From assembly GCA_030650425.1 (NCBI GenBank), contig JAUSED010000005.1:142932-206931 (forward strand): a stretch of 64,000 bases of DNA, read 5' to 3'. Source of the DNA: Candidatus Omnitrophota bacterium (GTDB taxonomy: Bacteria > Omnitrophota > Gorgyraeia > Gygaellales > Profunditerraquicolaceae). Positions 1 through 12,000 of the stretch are shown here, piece after piece (position 1 is the first letter of the stretch; every line of letters begins with the position of its first letter). The notes under the pieces are model-generated. The model was not told the DNA's origin, made no database searches, and worked only from the letters and a program-made list of their open reading frames with translations. The position numbers were made by a program, and so were the translations under genes.

Positions 1-1
1 A

Positions 2-3000
2 ATATGCGGTTCTGCTCATTACGGTTATGCCAAGTTTGGTTCCGATCTTGATGGAAATGTATTCTTGAGAATGCCAGAATCGGAAGAAGGCATCGGGACC
101 GCGAATTTTATTATAACCAGCCTCTCATTTTTAATACAGGAATTGGTTGGAAAAGATAAATTTGCAGGCTGCGAGTTTTTGATCCGCTTTGTTAATGAAG
201 GAGATAATTTCGCAAAAACCTTCTTTTTCGGCGAATCTTCTAATGTAGAAAACCACCGCAATCTAATAATCCGTTATTCCGCCTCGCCGCTGGCCGATGA
301 GGAAAATAGAAACGACCTTTCAATCATAAGGCATAAAGAAAGCAAGGGTCTTGTTGAAATGATTCTAATGCGGTCATTAGAAAAAGGCCTTCTAAGCAAG
401 GAGGAGGTAAGATCATTCTTTGGTTATCTGCTTGAGATCTATAAACAGATAACTCTGGAAGCTCCTAAGGTTTTCGAAGTAATCAGCCTGTTGATTGATC
501 AAGATGCTATGATTCGGAATAATATTGATGTGCTCAAGGGTAGAATTCTTGATCTGATAAAAAATGAAGTTTGGGGGATTTATGGGAGATTTCACGCGTT
601 TAAATTTTTAAAAACAATTCTTACAAAAACGAAGTTTTTAACCAAAAATAATATTCTGGGAGCAATAGACTTTGTCAATAAGATTATTCTGCAGCACGGA
701 AGTGAAGTGTATAAAGTTTTTGAATCACTTGAGGACCTTTTTATCGCGGCACAGTTCTCTACAATGTCCGGCGGTGTCCTTGATTTTGAACGCTTAGATA
801 GACTCGCGAATGTTGGAAAGAGCAAGCTTTGGAAAGTTTACGCATCCTTAGCCAAAGCGCAGATTATCCCGCAAGAAAACACTAAGGATGTTGAAAACTT
901 ATTAACCGAAGCAATCCCTAAGCATATATATATACCCGGATACCCGCCTTATGTTCCTGAAGAAGCTTATGACGCCCTGATTGAATGGCAGGAAGCAGGG
1001 GCCTTAACTACTTCTAATATAGGGAGAATTGCGCAGATATTCAGGAATGTGGGAGACAGCGCGCATCAAGCAAAGATTGACGCAGGCCAGACTGGATTAT
1101 TCTTGGGTGCTTTCGGCCGTTTACGCGCCGTTAATGCGGCGAATCTTAATGAAATTGAGCGCGTCTTTATTTATTTTATAGAACAAGACTTGCAAAGGAA
1201 AGATAAAGGCCAGCTTCTTGAAAGTATAACAAACCTTATGGATGCAATAGATAGGCTGGTGGATCGTAAAGATGTGGATAGAAGCCTTGTGATGCCTGTT
1301 TATTTCAGCCAGCTTGAAGTTGTTAAAGATATTCTATGGCTGCATAAATTTTATCGAGATGGAAAATTTGGCGGTCTATTAGTTAAAAGTATTAAGGAAT
1401 ATAAAACAGGACAGAATCCTCAGGCAGAACTTTATGAAAATGTTCAACAGGATTTAATATATAGGCTTCAAGAATCTAAGTGGGTGCCGATTGATGGATT
1501 AAAAGTTTTGACTGTGCGCAGAATATTAATGAGCAGCCGCTTGGATTATGCTTTAGATAACTTTGGGCCAATACATCAAATATATCTTAACAACGGTCTT
1601 GACGGAAGGAAGACAGGAAATTCTCTGGATGACCGAGAGATTATGCGAGCTTGGGTCAGAATTGTGGAGCTGGCTTCTTTTGGAAAAGTTGAAGGCAGCG
1701 CTTTAATTTTTCGCATTGGCGATTCGGAAAGGCTAATCGTGAATTTCGTGAACGGCCAACCGCTGGAAGCGGTATATCCGGAAACTGTTAACGCCTCATT
1801 AAATCAAGCTATTCAGCTAAGGAAGAAATTGCTGATTAAGCGATTAGCAGGGGAGAACGAAGGATTTGAAAGCACTGCCTTGACCCGTTATTTGATACAG
1901 CTTGAGTTGTTACATCTGTCCGGTATTTTAAAAGGCCGCATTTTCTACCCTTCGATGGGTAACGATTATCTGCCCGCTTATTTCGGTACAGTTTTCGCGA
2001 CCAATCTGTATTCTGGATTGGGTGAGGACCTAGAGACGTACCTTGATGGTAAGAATTACGAAAAAGGCATGTTTTTATATGATTATTCGACACTAGCTCA
2101 GATTAAAGCAGACGTGGCTTTGGAGCCGGGATTTTCTCAGACATGGCAGGAGCAAGATACGGATATCCATGTCTTCTGGAAGAATAACTTTGATTTTAAC
2201 GCGTATCTGCCGCAAGCCGCAGCAGAAGGGCCTATGGACACAATAATCATTAAAGGAGTAACCTCTTGGTTAGGGTATTACATGGAAGAAAAAGCTACCT
2301 TGGGAATGACAATTGAACAGGCTATGCAGGGATTTTTTGGGCAGCTTAAGGAGTATTTAATAAAACCCGGCACAGCCATTGTTATTCTTGATTCCGAAGA
2401 TTTATGGATAGAAGATTTTCTCAAAACAACATACGGTTATCAATCTATAAATAAACTGTCCCAATTCAGGGCATTAGCCGAAGATCTTAAGCGCATACCC
2501 GTACGAGAAGAACGCCAATATCTCGGGAGAGTCAATACGCATGTGGGGCTTGTGCCAATAAAAATTCTTATAGCACCACAGTGGGATAATGGGAATAGTT
2601 CCATTAACAAAGTTGTAGAGCAAAAAGTTTCCTCGCCGCTGCAAAGAAACCAAGACGCTTTATCTAGCCCATTATCTAACAAGAAGTTGAGCAGAGGGGA
2701 CAGCGTCCGATTCAACAGCAGTGTAGACAGTTTATCCAGCCCATTATCCAGTAGGGAGTTACAAAACACTTCCGCCGCCTCGCCGGTTTCGAGAAAGAAA
2801 GAATTACAGAGGTTACTGCGGCAAGAAATCGCATTAATCAGCATAGGCGGGGCCTTTGTGGATATATTCTTCAATCAGGACGGGTCGGTATCAGAAAAAG
2901 CAGGCGGTTGCGAAGGTAATCTTGTAGTCAACTTTACAAGGATGGATAACAGAGCAAAAGCGCTTTTGGTTAGCAATCTGGGGGCTGATAAACACGGACT

Positions 3001-6000
3001 GTTTTTACGCGATTTGTATGGAAGAATCGGCATGAATTTGGCAGGGCTCTTTTATGAAAAAGGCCTGCCCACAGGCACTGTTGAAGTGAGGCGGGAATTT
3101 GACGGTCGCGGTAATGAAATTTCCCATAGATTTGATATAGACGATGGAGCATACCCTCAGCTTTCTGTTGGGAAAATTGTTTCATTAGAAAAAGTTTTTC
3201 AGAAGGCCAAATTCTTACATTTTGGTTTAACTGCATTATTTCCTGCAACCCCTGTTGCAAAGGCGGTAAAAAAGGCTGTTGAATATGCAGAGCAATATTC
3301 TCTTCTGGTTTATTTTGACCCTAATATCAGGATTTCTTCTTGGGTTAAGATGTTCGGTACTCATGAACTGGCGGCTAAGAAAATAATCGATACAGTCAAG
3401 GATACCCTCAGGTATGCGCATATTATTAAGATAAGCGATGAAGAGTTGTTTTTCTTGAACGGAACAGAAAATAACCATAGCGGCATAGAAGAAGAGATTT
3501 TTAAGTTTGTGAGTGAATACAAGGAGTTAAAGTGGGTTCTATTGCTTGTTACCTGCGGCGAAAGGGGAAGCGAGTATGTTTTTCGCGGCAGTGGCACTGA
3601 CAACAAGAGAGAAATTGCCGCGGGCCATATTGAGGTGTATAAAAAATGGCCTTTTATAAGCGCTGTAGGCGCCGGAGATTCATTCAATGCCGCGGTAATT
3701 TCACGTTTATATCAGCTGCTTAAAGAGAAAGAGCTAAGCCGTATGACAGAAAAAGAATTGATGGATATCTTGAACTTTGCTTCTAAGGTTGCGGCTAAGG
3801 TTGTATCACAGGAAGGCGCTGTGCTTGAAAGAGAATGGAGGGGTAGGAAAACATCCAGCCCTCTTGACCTAAACGAGCTTATAAATGATCAGCTCAATGA
3901 TGTTCTGTTTAAGGCGCAAACGTTAGCAGCATCCGGAGACCATATAACTGCCCTATGGTTTTTAATGAATACGGCTAATCTCAGCATTTTAATTAACAGC
4001 TATAAGGGCAATCCGAAAAATATCGAGAGAATCAAAACCGCCCTTGAATTAGCAAAAAACTTGAAAAAAGCCCAAGAAGAAGCCAATGGGATTCTAAGCA
4101 GAGGCGCTCAGGATGCAATCAATAAAAGAATCGCCTTGAATAGAGAGCGCGTAGAAAAACTTCTGATTCCGGTTACGGATATCAAAGACATCCGTCAATA
4201 TCTACCGTATTTCGGGACATATGCCGTGGCGGGCATGCGTATCGAGAAAGTAGTGCATGTTTACGCGCCTTCTGTTATTGACGATATCAGCGCGGTAATT
4301 TTTAGATACAGGCGGCCGAAAGTCGACAAGAATATTCTTCACTACGCGATTTTTGTATTGGATAAGCCTAAAGCTCCAAGCCACCAGTTAATCGCGCGAG
4401 CTTTTGTGGAGAAGAATTATCAATACCACAACGGAGGCTCTGTTAGCACAACTACTTTTGATAAAAAAAGGAATAGGCAGAACAAAATAGAGGTTAAGTC
4501 GAGCATGGAAAAAGGAATTGCGTTGTTTGTCTATGCAATGTTTCGCTATGGAGGAGAGGTATGGTTATCAGATATTTCCCGGTCTGATTCAGCTACGCGT
4601 ATGTATCAACGTATTAAAGAACGCATCGAGGAAGATTTATACCCGGGGTTATTGATTGAGTATTTTCTTTCTCCAAGAAGGTGGCGTATAAGTATTAATT
4701 CGAATAGCGAATGGCTGCCTCCTATAATTATTACTGAGATTCCTTATTCCCCAAATGATTTAGCCAGCAGCCCAGTGGTTCAAAAAAATATAGAGATAGC
4801 AGAAAGCGCCGCCTCGCCGGCGTCCCCAATTTCTTTTGGGAATAATTCTATAAAAGTAGAAGTTAATGATTTGATTAGAGCTATAGAAACCGCTCTTGGT
4901 TTTGAGGGGGAAATTGAATTTGACGCAGTTAAGGCCGCCATTAAAAGCGCAGATAGGCTTTCTGAGTTAGGCGTATTAGCTACAGAAGCTTTGCCCGTGT
5001 TAATTAAAGCCGCGAAAGAACAGCGTTTTGACGACGATGGTGTATTTTGCCGCGACCATTTTATCGCAGCCTTAATACGGATATCTCCTGTTGAGGAAAG
5101 AGTAGAGAATTGTTTGGCAGAAATTATTTTAAGTGACCCCAATGAATATTCAAGAAGCGCAGCTGCAAGGCAGTTAGTAGAAGGGCTACAAATTCCTTTT
5201 AATAGTTTGGCGAGATCTGCTTTAGAGAAAGGCGTTCAGGAGAAAAATTGGCGGATTTCTAACCCATGCAAAAAAGCTTTAGGCTTGCGTTCCAGTTCGC
5301 CTTTCAACTCAGGCCGTGACAAGCTTAATCCGTTTGTGATACTAACAAAAAGTAAGTTACGGGAGTTATCTATAACTAACCCTATGGCTTGGCATTACTT
5401 GCAAGCTAAGCGTATTGAGGACGGAATAGATGTTTATGTGAAGAATATTAGCAAAGCACCCGAATTTGCCAAAAGGTTTAATGAAATATTCAAGGAGGTT
5501 GAAGCAAAAAAAGATGAATTGCAGAAGCTTGGGTTAAGAGAACAAATAAGCGAGATTTATGAAATAATGTTAAGGGCTTTTCCTAGGTTAGTATATGAAA
5601 AAGGCTATTGTGTGTTTACCGCGGCTGGAATGGCAAGATCCCTGAGAAATATTGGGCACAAGGATATCGCAATATACAGAATAATAGCATTAACTCAATC
5701 GTTTGTAATTAAAGAAGCTGGAGAAGAAAGCGAGTATATTTATATCGACCATAGGGCAGAGCAATTTATTATAAGAGAACCTATAATAGAATCTATAATG
5801 GAACCTAGAGGTATGAAAGAGTTGTTGTGTTTAAGTTTACCTAGTATAGATAAAATTTCCAGTTCGCCGCTGAAAGAAATAGTTGGAGCGACGGTGGTGA
5901 CGCGAGGCGCCGCCTCGCCGGTTTTGGGAAAAATAGAACTATTTCTAATTTTAAATAGATTTGATTTGAATTTCGCGAATACTACTAAAATGCTTTATAT

Positions 6001-9000
6001 TACGGGTTACAAGCGTGGATTTGTTCTTGAAGGCAGTGGCAGCGATAAGCGAGTCTACAACCGCGGCATTATATGTTCTTTTAAAACGAGCAGCAATTCT
6101 TACAATGGAGCTAGTTATATTCAGGACAGCAAATATTTTTATGAAATTAAGAATATTTTCTTCTTGGGCAGGAGTCAGTGTAGGATACACCAAGAGTTCG
6201 TATTCGGTGAGGACAGAGATACTGGCTTTAATTCTTTTATTCTCGAGCTCCTCAATAAAAGCGGTAACGCTTTTATCTCCTCGCAGGTGATCAATAATAA
6301 TATTGGTGTCGATAAGGTATCGCATAGATTAAGAGCTAATTCTTTTAAGAACACCGGTTTTCCATTCCCTGCGGATTTTATTTTCAAAGGCAATTCCTTT
6401 GGGGGCTTTACTCAAGATACCCGAGCTTCTCCTGATGAGATTAATAGTAGTAGAAATAGCGGCTTTTTTAAAAGAAAGTGGTATAGTTATCATCCACTTG
6501 ATATCTTCGATCTTTTCCTCAAGGGTTTCCAGCAATTCCATAGTTTTATTATCCATCAAATACCTCCTGCTTTAGTAACCGAGATAAATATATCACATAG
6601 GCATAAAGGAGTCAATATTTATCTAGGAAGCTGTTTCCGTCCACCTGACGCCTCCGCCGCCTCACCGGTGGCGAGTGTAGTCAGTACGCAATATGACAGT
6701 GTAGTATGGGCGGAGAAGGTGGAAGAGGTATCCGGAAATCCGGTAGAGCGCTTAGCGCAGATTATCCAGATTGCGGCGCAGAATGATATACAAGCTATAA
6801 GAACCGGGCTTATCGGGCTGCTTAATCTATTAAGAAAACACAACCGGCTCTATCGCTATCAAAGCGCAAGGCTGCTTTCCCAATTAGCTAAAATAGAGTT
6901 TTATGAGAAAATACTGCGCTCTATCGGCGGAGGAAAACTGATTGGCTTAATTCATTTGATCCCCCTTGAAGAAAGATTTGCATTTGAGGTCCCCGATTTT
7001 ATCGTTCTTCCTCCCGAGCTCAGCAAAGAAGCGGAAGAACGGATTTTTGATTTACTGGAGGAAGGCGTTTATATCTTAAGGAGCAGTTCATTCTTTGAAG
7101 ATACAGAAGGTTTTCCGATACGCGGCGCGTATGAGTCGGTATTTTTTGTCAAAAACCCCCAACAAAATGAATATCGCAAGGGATATGATTTAGAAGTTTT
7201 TAGGAACGTGAGGGTAAAAGTAAACAGAAGCTTTAGAGACTTTAAATACGCTGAAGATAGGCTATGCTTATTGTTAGAGCGGGTTCCGGGCCATACGGTG
7301 ACACTTAAGATTGGTTATGCTAATCGCAGCTGCTATTTTCCGTCGTTTTCAGGTGTTACTAAATATAATCCCTATAAACTAAGCCACATAGTATCGGAAA
7401 TAAATCCCGGTTTGAATACCCCCACGGTTAAAGGAGGATATCACCGGTTCGTCGATAAGGATACTGAAAGCGGAGAAATAAAGGTTCCAGAAGTTTCCCG
7501 GACTTTGCGGCTTTATGGGACTGGGGATGTAATAGATATTTCACGTAACAAGTTAATCAGCGCAGACATAGTGAATAACACCTTGTCATTATGGGTAGAT
7601 GATTCAGATAGTTATAAAGATACATCTTTGATTAAAGGCGTCCATGAAAAATTAAGCGCTATTATCTTGAGCTTAAAAGAAGATTCAGGCTATAGGGAAT
7701 TAGAGTGGTCGTTTGATTCCGGAAAGCTTTATGTCTATCAGAATACGCCAAGTAAAATATGCCGTTCTTTGTCAAGAATAAAGGTAGATATACCAGTTGT
7801 CCCTGAAGAGCGCCTGATTGTCTCTTGCGCCGGTGTCTTTGGCCACGGCGAATTCACCGGCCCCTTAGTTTGGGTTAAAGACAGAGATGAAATTATGTTG
7901 AAACGAGAGGAATGCAAGCGCATAGCCAGAGAGTTTCCCCGAGGGTATATTTTAATAGGCAGCCGTTATTTGTTTATGGATCCAGACATGGAATACGCAA
8001 CCAGCCAATATTTTGATTCAGCTTTAGGCAGACTCAAAGGCTGGGTAGACACAAGCGGCTTGCCGCTTTCCATTTGCGCGCATTACGCGGAGGGATTAGT
8101 TGACAAGAATATTATAGTTATTTCTCAGTCAGCTATCGATTACACTAAACTGGAGCGCTTCTGTGATCAGCAATTAAAAACCGGTATTTTCGATGATTAT
8201 TATGAGATACGTTATAGCGAGGCTTTATTCCGCATCGCCGCCAATGCTCTGCAAGATAGGGGCATACTGTATCTGGCCAGCTCTCCTGGCCCCGCCGCTT
8301 CGCCGCTTAACAACGATGATCAATTTAATGCCAACATGCCAAAATCAAGAGAAGATGGCGAATTAAAGGGGTATTTCGTCCTGGCGGTACAAAACACCAG
8401 AAATGTAGACACTTTACGTAACTCATCGACTATCAGCGAGTTATGTAACAAATACGATAAGGACAATATTACACAAACCAATACCGCCGCCTCGCCGGTT
8501 TCGGAAAATAGGAAGGGACAATTCTATCGTAACTGTTCATCGGCCATGGAGATAGACAGAAACGGTCTGAAGGATTTCGACGGGTTAAAAGTTATAGATA
8601 ATGAGGAAGGGATTTTTCTGGTTTCGAATCGTCTTGGTGTCAGAATCAAAGCTCAACGAAAGTCAATCGAATTTGAATTTATTTCCTCTCCGCTGTTGTC
8701 AACCGATGTACGCCTGCGAAGTGTACAATGGGGTAGCTCTCCGGTAGAAAATAGTAATTTTGAAAAAGCATATTTTGGTATTTTAAGAGAAATTTTCGGC
8801 AGTGAAAATAAAAAAATATGTTTCCATAGCACTGTAATCTTGGCTTTATATCTTGAAAGAAGCAGGCATAAAATAAAGATACTACCTTCCAAAGAAATTC
8901 CCCCTGTTCCTTGTTTCAGTGAGACATACAGCGAGATAAAAATAGGAGTTTTTGTAAATAAAATAACGGGTAGTTATTCTTTACAGCATTGGTTAGAATT

Positions 9001-12000
9001 TACCAGTTTAGGGAGAAGATTTTATTTAGATGCGGTCTATAATTCATTATGGGGCAATGGCCGAGACAGGATTATTTACGAAGAGATATATCCATGCTTG
9101 TTAGAAAATAAATACAGTCTTTACCCAATCCACGATATGGAAAAATTTTTACATAGCGGTGATTCTCAAATAAGAGAGCTAATGGTTGCAAAAGGAGAGG
9201 CTATATTGCGAGATGAGTGGAGGGTGTTTGGAACAGGTGAGATAGCGCTTCTAGATTTTCTGCCTCGATTATCGAACGGAGTAAATATCGCAAAAGCTGT
9301 TAGAAAGCTTATCGATGCATCTGTATCTTTGGAAGAGAATGCCAATGGTTTTATTCTAAATAAGGAAACTTACAATGCCTCGCCGCTGGCTTCTTGTAAC
9401 TTGGAAAAAATAGAGACGGTTAACTTTTTGAGTTATAGGCGAAAGATGTCTTTACGGCAGAAAGTGCTAAATGAGAATCGAGCTGCTTCACCCATGGGTA
9501 TTCCTAATAAGGTCATAACGAAAGAGCGGTTTGATGACCTCCTTAAAATTAAAAATTATGCTAATCCTCACGGTGAATATAAGAAGGTCTGGTATCCAGC
9601 TTCTGCTTCTGATGTGGGATTAGCCCTGTATGTTACTGATGGAGACAAATTTATCCTTTCAAATTTTGAGCATTTTGGAAATATGGATGATTTCAAAAAG
9701 TTTCCTGATGATGAGAAAGAAAAGCATTATTTCTTAAGGCGCACACGTAGCTGGCTTGAAGAAGTTCACTATGAAAACAGAATAAGCGCGCAGATTTTCT
9801 CTGAGTTAGAAGCGTTGGGCATAGATTACAATGATGTAGAAAAGTCAAAGATTAATGATGCCACTTTTAAATTGGTATTTAATTGGCGGCATCCTTTAGG
9901 CAATAGAACTAAGGAAAGAGTTATCGAATATAGAAATATACCCGTTCAAAGGCCGCCGTATTATCCGGAAGAGAAAGTAGATATCATAATAATTAAAGCA
10001 TTAAACGGATTCAATTTAGATCCAGAGGGCCTGTTTTTTATTTTAAATCCAGATGGGCTTATAATCAGCGATTTCTGTTTCAGCGATGTTTGGTATGAAA
10101 GAGTAAAAAATAGTCCTATTGCATTGAAGCTTAACAATAAATTTGGGTATAGTGCTAGGCATATCTGGTGGGCATTAGGAGAGGCGATTGAACTAGCAAG
10201 AGGCGAGGATGTATTTTTGTACAAGAACACCCCCGCCGCCTCGCCGGTTTCGGATGAAATAGGAGGACAGCCCCGTAGTAAGAGCAATTTTGACAATGAA
10301 TTTGCAGGGGCTGACCCTAAAGCTTTTTCAGGAGTAGTTATTTATGCGGGAGGATTATTTTCTTTTATAAGAGAGGACGGCGAAAAGGTCCACCGCAATA
10401 ATAATAAAAGCAATAATATAAAGAAGTGTCCAGTTATCCATAATGGGTTATTTCTTTCCCTTGATTACCCGGAGGAATATAACAAGGGCCAAGAGCCCCG
10501 CCAGGATATAGAAAGCCAGAAAGTTCATCGTTATTCTTTTCCCAATCCTACAAGAAATGTAAGCCATGGGATTTTACCCGAAGCAGTCGGGACAAATACG
10601 CCTACCACTAAGGACCCAAGCAATATCTTTGCTCCGTCCAGAAAGAAGTCAGATAGAGTGTCTCATTCTTGGCCAGATAACATACACCCCTATTCTATTG
10701 TCTTCAGGAATTTTGTCAAGAGTTTCCCCTTACGGAAATCCGCCGCCTCGCCGGTGGAAAATCGATATACGGATACATGGCTCAATGGATTACCTCTATT
10801 GCAGATCTTGGGAATCTTTGGAGGGATTAAGCGGCAACCGTTCTACTTCGATATGAAGGGCCGTATCGTACAGGCATACGGATGGGATGGCTTGCTAGAT
10901 GCTGTCTTGACGGCTAGGGATTCAGGGGGCGATACGTCCAGATACATAGAGAATAATGACTATATCAAATATATTGACTATTTAATCAGAGAAAGCCGCT
11001 GGGATACAAGCGCCGCTGATAATTTTAGCAAGTTACTGTTGAGTATAAAGGGCGAAGACGCATTCATAACTTTTAGTCAGGAAGTTCTGTCGGGGCTTTT
11101 GACGATAGTGGAAAAACATATTGAGGCCTATGTTGAAAGTCGTCATCTTTTCCGCGCACCGCAGGAGACCGTGGTCCAGCGGCCGGAATCTTATCGTACG
11201 GTGAAAAATATTTATAGAACGGAAACAGTTTCCTTCACAGAATGGAAACAGCTTTCATCTCTTTTGATGGCGGTATCAGAATCTAATCGTATTGGCGCGC
11301 TTATCCTATTGCTCGGGAACCAATGGGCGGCTAATTCCGCCTCGCCGGTGACGCTTGATGAAAGAAGAAACGTATTATTCCTTATCCCTATGGAGATGAT
11401 ACGCAGTGCTGGTAATAATAAGGAGGTTTCCGTTAAGTTGGGCTGGCCGTATGGACTTAAGGGCTTCCAGCAATACTCTATGTACTTTATCCATGGTTTC
11501 GGGAGTAATCCGCAAGATAATAATACCAGTATGATTTCCCAGTGGATAGAGCGCAATATTGGAAAAGTCCCGGTCTCGCGTAAGCAAAACAGCCTTGCGG
11601 GATTTGGCGATTGCTATAACCCTGCCATTAACCGCTTCAGCTTGTTTCAGTTCTTTGAGAGTAACGCAGTCAAAGCCTGCTTTGCGCAGCAGGTTTTCGG
11701 TTTCTTTCCAGACACAATGGTCAAGCAGGAACATAAGATTACAGGTTTAATGGGAATGTTGAAGTTCCTCCGCGAAATGAATTTCTTCTTCATCGAGGAA
11801 TTGATTGGCAAAGGCTATGCAGGCAAATATGTCTTCTACTTTCAGATCAGGATAGAATTTGTCAGAACAGATATCTTTAGGGGAATATCCGCTAGCCAAA
11901 AGCTCCATAACCATAGAAACAGCTATACGGGTGCCCTTAATATGGGGTTTACCATGGAGTACGTGTGGATCAATAGAAATTCTTTCCAGCAACCTTTTGT

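Noticed and set aside
65-67. TTG at 65 as the start codon
   Set aside because: The frame is open back to position 2 and there is no RBS; the gene begins outside the window
10663-10665. Selenocysteine or recoded TGA
   Set aside because: No redox motif or SECIS-like evidence; a nonsense mutation or sequencing error is simpler
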